This document shows positions 42,629-54,849 of a stretch of DNA of 64,000 bases, one piece after another. Under the pieces are notes generated by a model, which was not told the DNA's origin, did not search any database, and was given only the letters and a program-made list of their open reading frames with translations. This DNA is from an uncultured delta proteobacterium (GTDB taxonomy: Bacteria; Myxococcota; UBA727; VGSZ01), in the NCBI GenBank assembly GCA_963775425.1, contig CAVZJB010000017.1, forward strand, positions 320,001 to 384,000, read 5' to 3'. The stretch's first letter is position 1. The number at the start of each line of letters is the position of its first letter. Made by a program: the position numbers and the translations under genes.

Positions 42629-45151
42629 ATGGAACCGAAATACGTCGCCATCCACGGGCACTTCTACCAGCCGCCGCGCGAGAACCCGTGGCTCGAGGAG
42701 ATCGAGCGCGAGGACAGCGCCAACCCCTTTCACGACTGGAACGAGCGCATCGCCGAGGAGTGCTACAAGCCCAACGCCGCCGCGCGCATCCTCGACGGCG
42801 AGGGTCGCATCGCGGACCTCAAAAACAACTATGCCCACCTGAGCTTCAACTTCGGGCCCACGCTCCTGCGCTGGATGGAGCGGCACAGCCGCACTGCCTA
42901 CGAGTCCATCCTCGACGCCGACCGAGGCTCGGTGGAGCGCACGCGCGGGCACGGCAACGCCATCGCGCAGGTCTACAACCACGCGATCCTCCCGCTGTGC
43001 AACGAGCGCGACAAGCACACGCAGATCCGCTGGGGCATCCGCGACTTCGAGCACCGCTTCGGCCGCAAGCCCGAGGGCATGTGGCTCGCCGAGACCGCCG
43101 TCGACCGCGACACGCTCGCCGCGCTCGCCGACAACGACATCGCCTTCACCGTCCTGTCGCCGTACCAGGCGAAGCGCTGGCGGTTCCTCGACGGGAGCCC
43201 GTGGATCCCGACCGAGCACGGCGACATCCCCACGGGCCGCGCCTATGCGTATCAGGGGCACAAGGGCCGCCCCTTCCACCTGTTCTTCTACGACGGTGGC
43301 ATCGCCAAGGGCATCGCGTTCGACCAGATGCTGAGCGACTCGTCGCACCTCGCCGGCGCCATCGAGCACGCCCACCGACAGCGCGTCGGCGCCCAGGACG
43401 ACGACGAGCCTTGGCTCGTGCACACCGCCACGGACGGCGAGAGCTACGGACACCACTTCGCGCACGGCGACATGGCGCTCGGCGCGGCGTTCGCAAGGCT
43501 CGAGCGCGACCCCGACGTCCGCCTCACCAACTACGCGACGTTCCTCGCGCGAAACCGGGTGCGCGCGGAGGCCGACATCCTCGACGTGAGCGCGTGGTCC
43601 TGCGCGCACGGCGTCGGCCGCTGGTCGCGCGACTGCGGCTGCCGCATCGGCGGCGGGCCGGAGTGGACGCAGCAGTGGCGCGAGCCGCTCCGCGAGGCGC
43701 TGAACATCCTGCGCGACGCCCTCGCCGAGCACTACGAGCGCGCCATGGGGGCGCTGGTCCGCGATCCATGGGCCGTGCGCGACGCGTACATCGACGTCGT
43801 GCTCGACCCGTCGCGGGCGGCCGCGTTCTCGCGAGAGCACATGCGGCGCGGCGACGTCGACGCCGAGACGCTCACGCGCTTCCTCTCGCTCCTCGAGATG
43901 CAGCGCGCGGCGCTGTTGATGTTCACGTCATGCGGCTGGTTCTTCGACGACATCAGCGGCGGCGAGTCCATCATCCTCATGAAGTACGCGGCGCGCGCGT
44001 TGGAGCTCGCGCGCGCGACCGGCGAGGACCGCGCGGAGGAGCCCTTCCTCGACATGCTCTCCCGCGCCGAGAGCAACGTCCCCGGCCCCCACGGCGAGAA
44101 GGTCGACGGGCGCATGCTGTTCGAGGAGCGCGCGCGCGCCGTCGCCGTCACCACCGACAAGGTGGTGGTCAGCCACGCGCTCCGGTCCCTGTCGGAGGGG
44201 CCCAAGCGCTCGAGCGCGCTGTACGCGTACCGCGTCACGCAGCACGAGGAGGTGCCGTTCACCAAGGGCTCCGTGCCGTGCGTGGTGGGGCGTGTCACCG
44301 TCGAGGACGCTCGCACGCTCGAGTCCGCGTCCACGATCTACGCGCTGGCGCACTTCGGAGGCACCGACTTCCGCTGCTCCACCAAGCCCTGGCACGACGA
44401 CGCCCACACCCACGTCCTCGTCGAGACCATCCGCACCGCCGCCCTCGAAGGCTCCACCACGTCCATGATGCGGGCGCTCGACGAGACCTTCGGCGACCGC
44501 GCCTACGGCTTGCGCGACGCCTTCCACGACCTCCGCCAGAGCGCGGCGCGCGCCATCGGGGCCGAGAAGGTGACGGTGCTCGACGTCGTAGGCAGCGAGC
44601 TGCTCGAGAACCACCGCGCGTTGCTCCTGTCGCTGCGCGAGCTCGGGGTGCCGCTGCCCCTGCACGTCGAGGCGTTGGCGTCGCACGTCCTCTCGGTGAG
44701 CGCGGACACCCTCGTCCGCGAGCTCATCGAGGCCGGCGATCCCGAGCAAGAGCACGGGCAAGCGCCCTTCTCGAGCGCCGACATCGACTTCGCCGCGCGC
44801 GCCACGGCGTCGCGGCTGAAGGCCATCGCCGAGGAGGCGCACGCGCTCGGGCTCAAGCTCGAGCTGCCCGCCGGCGGCCACGCGCTCGGCGACGGCATCG
44901 TGCAGGCGCTGCGCGACTTCGCCGAGACCCGCGACGGCGATCGCGCCACGGCAGCGCTGCGCCTGATCGAGGCCTGTGTGCAGCTCGGCATGAGCCCGCG
45001 CTTGTGGGACGTCCAGACCGAGCACTTCCGGCTCGTGGCGCGCGCGCTCGCCGATCCCATTCTCGCTGACGCGCTGCGCGATCGGCGCGACCTCGTCGAC
45101 GCCCTCGACCGCTTCGGTCACAGCACCTTCGGCCGCCGCCTCGAGCCGTGA
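42629..45151 (+). CDS. Glycoside hydrolase family 57 protein with DUF3536
   Basis: IHGHFYQPPRENPW, SFNFGPTLL, GMWLAETAVD, ATDGESYGHH, AWSCAHGVGRW, MFTSCGWFFDD. Confidence 0.93.
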   Translation: MEPKYVAIHGHFYQPPRENPWLEEIEREDSANPFHDWNERIAEECYKPNAAARILDGEGRIADLKNNYAHLSFNFGPTLLRWMERHSRTAYESILDADRGSVERTRGHGNAIAQVYNHAILPLCNERDKHTQIRWGIRDFEHRFGRKPEGMWLAETAVDRDTLAALADNDIAFTVLSPYQAKRWRFLDGSPWIPTEHGDIPTGRAYAYQGHKGRPFHLFFYDGGIAKGIAFDQMLSDSSHLAGAIEHAHRQRVGAQDDDEPWLVHTATDGESYGHHFAHGDMALGAAFARLERDPDVRLTNYATFLARNRVRAEADILDVSAWSCAHGVGRWSRDCGCRIGGGPEWTQQWREPLREALNILRDALAEHYERAMGALVRDPWAVRDAYIDVVLDPSRAAAFSREHMRRGDVDAETLTRFLSLLEMQRAALLMFTSCGWFFDDISGGESIILMKYAARALELARATGEDRAEEPFLDMLSRAESNVPGPHGEKVDGRMLFEERARAVAVTTDKVVVSHALRSLSEGPKRSSALYAYRVTQHEEVPFTKGSVPCVVGRVTVEDARTLESASTIYALAHFGGTDFRCSTKPWHDDAHTHVLVETIRTAALEGSTTSMMRALDETFGDRAYGLRDAFHDLRQSAARAIGAEKVTVLDVVGSELLENHRALLLSLRELGVPLPLHVEALASHVLSVSADTLVRELIEAGDPEQEHGQAPFSSADIDFAARATASRLKAIAEEAHALGLKLELPAGGHALGDGIVQALRDFAETRDGDRATAALRLIEACVQLGMSPRLWDVQTEHFRLVARALADPILADALRDRRDLVDALDRFGHSTFGRRLEP

Positions 45152-45229
45152 GCCCCGTCGGATCGTGACGCCGCGCATTCGATCGCGGCGTCCTCGTCGC
45201 GCTAGGGTGGACGCGAGAGGTGTCATCCA

Positions 45230-46825
45230 TTGTCGCACCCACCGCCGCCGTTCCGTCGCCGGCCCGCACGCTCCGATCCCGCCGGTCGCCGATCGCGTGT
45301 GGCGGTGTTCGGCCTGAGCGCGTTCAACCCGTACTCGCTCGACGCCAACGGCTGGTGCGAGCCGACCGCCAACCGCGCCGAGGCGTATGACCGCTCCGGT
45401 CCGCCCGCCGACCCACGCGCCCGCGCCGACGAGGGCGCGCGCCGCCGCGCCACGGTCGAGCGCCAACTGCGCGCGCTGAAGGAACAAGGCCCCTGCGACG
45501 TCGCCGTCGACGCGCTCTACGCGCGCTTCGCCGAGCACCCGCGCAGGGACGCCGTCGCCGCGCTCTTTCCCCCGCTCAGGGGAACGGAGCGGCGCACCGC
45601 GCTGCGCCGTGAGGTGGGGCGCGTGCGCGTGCGCAGCGCCCGCGGCGACGTCATCGACCTCGCGACCAAGGTGCGCGAGTGCTCCGCCCTGACGCCCCTC
45701 GAGTCGCACCGCATCCTCGACGCCCTCGTCGACCTGCGCCACGCCTGGAAGACGCGCGACGTCGAGGGCGCCGACATCGGCTACGAGGAGATCAACTGGC
45801 GCCACGCGTGCCAGGAGGTCGGCCAGATCCTCGACGTCGCCGAGGAAAACGGCTTGAGCGCAGGCGTGACCGAGGACGCCGTGCTCGCGTCGCTCTTCTC
45901 CGACGCCGCCAAGTTCCGCGGCAACTTCCTCACGCACCACATCGACGGCGCGGTGGCGGCGGCGCACGTGTTGCCGCGCTTCCTCGACGTCTCCAGCGAA
46001 GGCGGCCGCGCGCGCGTCGTGGCCATGTGCCAGGCCATCCTCGAGCACCAGGTGGGGCCGCCGCGCTTCATGGCCCAGATGGTGCGGATGGGCATCGAGG
46101 AGAAGCTCCGCTCCCGCGCGCCCGTCGCAGACGGGTCCAGAAGCGAGGTCGCCGCGCTCGACTCGCTGCAAAAGAAGATCGCCGACCCGCTCAACTCCAG
46201 GCACGCGCGGCTCCACCGGGACGGCTACGGCGTCCTCGACCTCGACGACCGCGAGCGCGCCTTGCTCTCGCTCGTGGACCTGCCCGACTGGTACGTGCCG
46301 CACCCGGCGACGCCGTGGTTCGTGGCGTCGAGCGCCGTCATCGACGCCGACAGCCTCGTCAACTACGTCACCCCCGACGGCGTCGGAAAGATCGTCGCCA
46401 TCTGCGGTCCGGGGACGCCGTTCCACGACCCCACGGTCTTCCACTCCATCTTCTCGTGCGGCGCGTCGTTCGTCGACGCCGTGAGCGTCATGAGCGACAC
46501 CGCCATGTCCGCGATGCGCCAGGGCGTTCACAAGACGCGCGCCGCCATCGACGAGGTGCGCGCGCGCGTCCTCGCGGAGCTCGACGAGGGCTGGCTGCAC
46601 TTCGCCCCGGCCGAGCTGCGGCGGGTGCTGCGCGAAGAGGTCGTCGACGTCGACAAGCTCACGTCGGTCAAGCGAGACGGCGAGATCCTCGTCGATGTGC
46701 CCTGGCTGGAAAACGGCCAGCTCCCCTACTGGAGCTCACCCCTCGACTACGGCGCGGACGGCGCGGCCTTCGAGTTCGCCAAGCTCCTGCGGCGCCGGCT
46801 CGCCGATCTGTTGCGGGAGGCCTGA
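45230..46825 (+). CDS. HD-fold-like hypothetical protein with SD replacing the HD dyad (start uncertain)
   Basis: WRH...AEENGLS....AVLASLFSDAAK...THHIDGA..A...L...AILEHQ...VIDADSL matches HD-domain spacing. Confidence 0.65.
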   Translation: MSHPPPPFRRRPARSDPAGRRSRVAVFGLSAFNPYSLDANGWCEPTANRAEAYDRSGPPADPRARADEGARRRATVERQLRALKEQGPCDVAVDALYARFAEHPRRDAVAALFPPLRGTERRTALRREVGRVRVRSARGDVIDLATKVRECSALTPLESHRILDALVDLRHAWKTRDVEGADIGYEEINWRHACQEVGQILDVAEENGLSAGVTEDAVLASLFSDAAKFRGNFLTHHIDGAVAAAHVLPRFLDVSSEGGRARVVAMCQAILEHQVGPPRFMAQMVRMGIEEKLRSRAPVADGSRSEVAALDSLQKKIADPLNSRHARLHRDGYGVLDLDDRERALLSLVDLPDWYVPHPATPWFVASSAVIDADSLVNYVTPDGVGKIVAICGPGTPFHDPTVFHSIFSCGASFVDAVSVMSDTAMSAMRQGVHKTRAAIDEVRARVLAELDEGWLHFAPAELRRVLREEVVDVDKLTSVKRDGEILVDVPWLENGQLPYWSSPLDYGADGAAFEFAKLLRRRLADLLREA

Positions 46826-47232
46826 TGGCCAGGAAGAAGCCCGGGAAGAAGCGCGCGAAGAAGTCCGCGGCGCCCGCCGCCGGCGAGGCCCCATCGGAGA
46901 CGGCCGGGCGGGAGAAGAGAAAGCACCCGCGCGTCCCGCTCGAGATGCTCGTGCAGGTGAAGAGCGACTCCATCGAGGCGTTCAAGGCCATGCACGCGAA
47001 GAACCTCTCCGTCGGCGGCATGTTCATCGAGGAGGCGCCCCCGAGGCCGGTCGGCACGCAGATCTACTTCCACTTCACCGTGAAGGACGGCGGCACGCTC
47101 ATCGAGGGGCTCGGCAAGGTGGTGCACGCGTCCGACAAAGGCATGGGCGTCGAGTTCGTGAGCGTGCTCGAGCCGTCGGCGTCCATCATCCGCACGCTGG
47201 TGACGCAGCGGCTCAGCACTCCGGCGGCATAG
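46825..47232 (+). CDS. PilZ-domain protein (myxobacterial type)
   Basis: RKHPR (RxxxR) and NLSVGG (D/NxSxxG), GMGVEF; ATG overlaps the upstream TGA. Confidence 0.88.
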   Translation: MARKKPGKKRAKKSAAPAAGEAPSETAGREKRKHPRVPLEMLVQVKSDSIEAFKAMHAKNLSVGGMFIEEAPPRPVGTQIYFHFTVKDGGTLIEGLGKVVHASDKGMGVEFVSVLEPSASIIRTLVTQRLSTPAA

Positions 47233-47235
47233 TGG

Positions 47236-48102
47236 CTAGGGCCGGGGCGGCCAATTCTCGTCGTCGACGGGGAACCTCGGGAAGCGCGCATCCGCGGGGA
47301 TTTCGGCGTGGTCGAGGGCGTCGGGGTAGTAGACCTCCTCGAGCGTGAGCCCGAGCGCCGGCGCGGTGACGCCCGCCGTGGTGCGATCACGCGCGTCGAG
47401 CATGCGCACGACGTCGGCGGGGGAGAACCGGCCGCGGCCGACGTCGACGAGGGTGCCGGCGAGGCAGCGCACCATGTGGCGGCAAAAGGCGTTGCCGCGG
47501 ACCTCGAACCCGATGGACGCAGGGTCGTCGCCGGCGCGCGAGACCTCGGCGCGCCACAGGTAACGGCGCGCGTGGGCGGCGTCGCACTGCGCGGAGCGGA
47601 AGCTCTCGAAGTCCTTCTCGCCGAGGAACACGCGCGAGGCCTCCCGCATCGCGGCGACGTCGAGCGGCTGGCGCACGTGCCACGACGTCAGGGCCTTGAA
47701 CGGGTCCCGGTGGGCCGCGTTGTGGACGCGGTAGACGTAGCGCTTGCCGACCGAGTGGCGCTTGGCATCGAAGCCGTCGATGACGTCGGCGCGTACGACG
47801 CTGACGTCGTCGGGGAGCTGCGATCCGAGCGCGAGCACCATCTTGTCGACCGGCACGCGCGACGAAAACGTCGTGGAGACCACCTGTCCGCGCGCGTGGA
47901 CGCCGGCGTCTGTGCGGCCGGCCGCGCGGGCGCGGACGGTGCCGGGCGGGGCGCCGGCGACGCCGCAGAGCGCGGCCTCGACGACGTCCTGGACGGTGCG
48001 GGCGCCGGCCTGGTGTTGCCACCCCTGAAAGCGCGTCCCCACGTACGCGACGACGAGTCGCCACGTGCGGGTCTCTCTCTCGGGGACGTCGTGCCTGCCC
48101 AC
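47236..48102 (-). CDS. truA: tRNA pseudouridine(38-40) synthase
   Basis: VAYVGTRFQGWQ, TVQ, AGRTDAGVHARGQV, DFESFRS, GNAFCRHMVR, TAPALGLTLEEVYY; start approximate. Confidence 0.94.
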   Translation of the reverse strand: MGRHDVPERETRTWRLVVAYVGTRFQGWQHQAGARTVQDVVEAALCGVAGAPPGTVRARAAGRTDAGVHARGQVVSTTFSSRVPVDKMVLALGSQLPDDVSVVRADVIDGFDAKRHSVGKRYVYRVHNAAHRDPFKALTSWHVRQPLDVAAMREASRVFLGEKDFESFRSAQCDAAHARRYLWRAEVSRAGDDPASIGFEVRGNAFCRHMVRCLAGTLVDVGRGRFSPADVVRMLDARDRTTAGVTAPALGLTLEEVYYPDALDHAEIPADARFPRFPVDDENWPPRP

Positions 48103-48110
48103 GTCCGGAT

Positions 48111-50225
<2,115 letters not shown>

Positions 50226-50290
50226 GCGGCGACGCTTTCACGCGGCGGCGCCGCGCGCCGAGCGGTGCCGATCGATCCGGCTGCGCGTCG

Positions 50291-50746
50291 CTACGACGAC
50301 ATGCCCTCGAAGAGATCGGGAGCCGGAGGCGCCGTGCCCGCACGGAGCTCGTGGGCCTCGAGGAACGCCTCGACGTGCTTCACCAGCGCGGCCTGCTCGA
50401 AGCGCGCGAAGGAGGCGAGCGCGGGCTTGTCATCCTGCAAAAGCGCCATGGCGCGCGCGATTCCCCCAGGCGCCGCGAGCGCCTCGCGCATCTTGTCGCC
50501 GAGGCTCTTCGGGGCTCGGGCACAAAATGCGCCGAGGGCGTCGTGGGTGAAGCTCTTGTCGACCGGTTGCAGCTTCACGAAGCGATCGGGGAAGCGCTTG
50601 AGCTTGTCCCGGATATCCCGCTCGTCATCGAAACCCTTCACCAGCGTCAGCACCTCGCCGCTCACCGTGTCGAGCCAGCTCTCCGCGCCGGTGGCGTCGC
50701 GAAACGCGAGCTCGAGGTCCGCCCAGTCGATGTCGAGGATGCGCAT
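50291..50746 (-). CDS. UPF0158 family protein
   Basis: IDWADLELAF...ESWLDTVSGEVL...PDRFV...MREAL...VEAFLEAHEL. Confidence 0.75.
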   Translation of the reverse strand: MRILDIDWADLELAFRDATGAESWLDTVSGEVLTLVKGFDDERDIRDKLKRFPDRFVKLQPVDKSFTHDALGAFCARAPKSLGDKMREALAAPGGIARAMALLQDDKPALASFARFEQAALVKHVEAFLEAHELRAGTAPPAPDLFEGMSS

Positions 50747-50808
50747 CCCCCGATCTGCGCGCACGCGGGCGCTTTCCGCAACCGCCGCTTCGTGCGAAAA
50801 ACCCGCCC

Positions 50809-52455
50809 ATGCCCGAGCTCATCCTCCTCGCCGACGGGAAACCGCTCCTTCGCTGCCCGCTGCACGGGCAGGCGGTGAGCGTCGGCCGGTCCGCCGCCAA
50901 CGACATCTCCGTCCCGGACGATGGCCTGCCGGCGCTCCACTGCAGCTTCGAGCCCCTGCCGGGCGGCCGCTACCAGGTCGTCGACCGCGGCGGCCAGGGC
51001 GTCTTCATCGGCGGCGACGAGTACGAGCACAAGGACCTCGACGAGGGCGACACCGTCACGCTCGGCCACCTCGTCGCCCGCTTCCAGAAGGGCGCCGACG
51101 AGCCCTTCATCCCGCCCAAGGCGGAGCGCGCGCAGCGCACCGGGATCCTGCGCACCTCCGGCTCCGGCGAGAAGCTCACGCGCGTCGACCTCCGCCTCCG
51201 GCTCCCCGCCGCCGCCGGAGGCGGGGTCCTCGAGATCCCCCCGCAGGGCCTCCGCTTCGGCGCCAACAGCGACAACGACGTCGTCATCGACGACGGCTTC
51301 GTGTCCTCGTTCCACGCACAGCTCTTCTTGAAGGGCGAGCGCCTCTTCGTTCGCGACCTCGACAGCACCAACGGCACCTTCGTCGGCGACGTCCGCGTCG
51401 TCGAAGCCGAAGTGCCCGTCGGCTCCACGCTCAAGCTCGGCAAGGCCGAGATCCAGGTGGAGACCGCCGAGACCGAAGAGCCCATCGAGGCCCCCGGCGG
51501 CGCGGGGCCCTGGCGCTGCGTCGACCTCGTCACCGCCGACCCCGGCTTCGCCCGCACCTTCGGCTTCGTCGAGAAGGTCGCACCGCACGACGCCACCGTC
51601 TGCGTTTTCGGTGAGACCGGCACCGGCAAGGAGCTCGTCGCCCAGGCGCTGCACAAGCTCTCCGCGCGCAGAAGCGGCCCCTTCGTCCCGCTCAACTGCG
51701 CCGCCGTCCCGCAGAACCTCATCGAGAGCGAGCTGTTCGGCCACGAGAAGGGCGCGTTCACCGGCGCAGACAAGCAACGCGTCGGCGCCTTCGAGGAGGC
51801 CAACAAGGGCACCATCTTCCTCGACGAGGTCGGCGAGCTCGCCATGGACGTGCAGGCCAAGCTGCTGCGCGTCCTCGAGACGCGCACGGTCCGGCGCCTG
51901 GGCGGACGCGGCGACATCTCCATCGACGTGCGCGTCGTTTGCGCCACCCACAGAGACCTCGTGCAACGCGTCAAGGATGGCAAGTTCCGCGAAGATCTCC
52001 TGCACCGCCTCTACGTCATCCCCATCAAGCTGCCGGCGCTGCGCGATCGGCCGCTCGACATCGGCCAGCTCGCGCGTCACTTCATCGACCTGCTGTCGCC
52101 GGTGAAGGGCGTGAAGCTCACCGAAGGCGCCGAGAAGAAGCTCAAGAACCACCCGTTCCCCGGCAACGTGCGCGAGCTGAGAAACGTCATCCAACGCGCG
52201 CTCATCATGGGGGACGGCAAGCAGGTCACCGAAAAGGACGTCGCGTTCATCGCGGTCACGCTCGCCGAGGCCACCATGGTCGGGCAGGTCTACAAGCCGG
52301 GCATGACCATGGATGACATCGAGCGCGAGGCGTACAGGGGCGCGCTCAAGGCGTTCGGCTCCGCGTCGGAGGCGGCGCGCGCGCTCGGCCTGCCGAAGAC
52401 CACCTTCTGGCGGCGGGCCACGGCGCTCGGCTTGCTCAACAAGGGCGCCGAGTAG
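50809..52455 (+). CDS. Sigma-54-dependent enhancer-binding protein with two N-terminal FHA domains
   Basis: FHA (VGRSAAND; VSSFHA, RDLDSTNGTF); GETGTGKE, ESELFGHEKGAFTGA, FLDEVGE, FREDL, FPGNVREL; C-terminal HTH. Confidence 0.94.
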   Translation: MPELILLADGKPLLRCPLHGQAVSVGRSAANDISVPDDGLPALHCSFEPLPGGRYQVVDRGGQGVFIGGDEYEHKDLDEGDTVTLGHLVARFQKGADEPFIPPKAERAQRTGILRTSGSGEKLTRVDLRLRLPAAAGGGVLEIPPQGLRFGANSDNDVVIDDGFVSSFHAQLFLKGERLFVRDLDSTNGTFVGDVRVVEAEVPVGSTLKLGKAEIQVETAETEEPIEAPGGAGPWRCVDLVTADPGFARTFGFVEKVAPHDATVCVFGETGTGKELVAQALHKLSARRSGPFVPLNCAAVPQNLIESELFGHEKGAFTGADKQRVGAFEEANKGTIFLDEVGELAMDVQAKLLRVLETRTVRRLGGRGDISIDVRVVCATHRDLVQRVKDGKFREDLLHRLYVIPIKLPALRDRPLDIGQLARHFIDLLSPVKGVKLTEGAEKKLKNHPFPGNVRELRNVIQRALIMGDGKQVTEKDVAFIAVTLAEATMVGQVYKPGMTMDDIEREAYRGALKAFGSASEAARALGLPKTTFWRRATALGLLNKGAE

Positions 52456-52471
52456 CGCGGTCACACGCGGC

Positions 52472-53212
52472 ATGAGCGAGCTCGGACCCTGCCCGCGCTG
52501 CGGCGCCCCGATGACGGAGACCATCGGCGCGCTCGGCGAGGCCGCGTGCGGCAAGTGCCACGCGCGCTTCCTCGACGCCGACGTCGTCGAGCTGTTGCGC
52601 GAGGCGCACCTTCGCATCGACGCGTCGCTGCTGCGCGAGATGGCGCGCGCGGGGTCGCCGTCCGCCCCGTGCCCGCGCTGCCGGACACCGCTGCGATTGC
52701 AGCGCGTGCGCAGCGTCGCCGTCGACCTCTGCCCCGGCTGCGGCGGCATGCTCCTCGACGTCGGCGAGCTGCTCGCGCTCACGCGCGGCGAGGTGCGCGA
52801 GGTGGCGGCGCCCGCGGTCGCGCCGGCGTCACTGGAGCTCGCCGACGCACCGCCGCCTGCGCCGCCGGCGCTGCGCTGGGCCATCTGCTGCACGAGCTGT
52901 GACGCGGAGATCGACGCGAACGCCGTGTGCTACCTGGTCAACGATCGCCCGTGGTGCGAGAGCTGTGCGGCGGCCGCCGGCCTCGGTGGGGCCCGCGGCG
53001 TCGTGTCGCTCGTGGTGTCGAGCATCGTGTCGCTCCTCCTCGTGCCCTTGAGCTTCGTCGGCTTGCGGCGCCGCGGCTGGCGCTCGTCGAATCAGATCGC
53101 CACGCCGTTCACGCCGTCGTCGTCGCTGCCCGCGCGCACCGTCATCGAGAAGCTGGCGCCTGGTGAGGCGTCCTTGCGCGCGGCCCGCTTCGCCCGGCGC
53201 GTGCCGCGCTGA
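52472..53212 (+). CDS. Multi zinc-ribbon (zf-TFIIB-like) protein with a TM helix
   Basis: CPRC/CGKC, CPRC/VDLCPGCGGMLLDVGEL, CTSC/CESC; hydrophobic segment VVSLVVSSIVSLLLVPL. Confidence 0.7.
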   Translation: MSELGPCPRCGAPMTETIGALGEAACGKCHARFLDADVVELLREAHLRIDASLLREMARAGSPSAPCPRCRTPLRLQRVRSVAVDLCPGCGGMLLDVGELLALTRGEVREVAAPAVAPASLELADAPPPAPPALRWAICCTSCDAEIDANAVCYLVNDRPWCESCAAAAGLGGARGVVSLVVSSIVSLLLVPLSFVGLRRRGWRSSNQIATPFTPSSSLPARTVIEKLAPGEASLRAARFARRVPR

Positions 53213-53216
53213 GCGC

Positions 53217-53659
53217 TCACGACATCGCGCGCGCGCCGGCCCACGCGAGGAGCCCGAGGCGCGAGAGCTGCGCGGCCGTGCGCACCCACTGGCTCACGAT
53301 GACGGCGGAGAGCGCGCCGGCGCCGTTGTCGCCCGCGGCGAGCGCGCGGTGGGCGGGCAGGTGCCACGCGAAGGTGACGACGAAGTACGCGACGCCGAGG
53401 ACGACGACGGCGTGCACCAGCCACGTGGGCGTCGACGCGGGGCGCAGCGCGTAGAGGACGAACGAGAGCACGAACGCCGCGACCTCGAAGGCGACGACGG
53501 GCGCGCCGATGCGCTCATTGAACGCGGCGTACGGGGCGGCGAACGCCGCGCGATCGACGGCGCCGAAGCCGGGATAGACGACGGTGGCGAAGAGCACCAT
53601 GACGCCCGCGAGGTACGCGTTCACGGCGAGGCACACGACCAGGGACCAGGCCCGCAGCG

Positions 53660-53663
<4 letters not shown>
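53217..53663 (-). CDS. Small integral membrane protein (DUF1772-like)
   Basis: VVYPGF, four TMs, TFAWHLPAHRAL, WVRT; GTG overlaps the upstream TGA. Confidence 0.7.
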
Positions 53664-54793
<1,130 letters not shown>

Positions 54794-54849
54794 ACGGCGA
54801 TCATACGGCGGACGTGCCCGAAGCCGACGCCGCGCTGTAGGGTCGGGTC

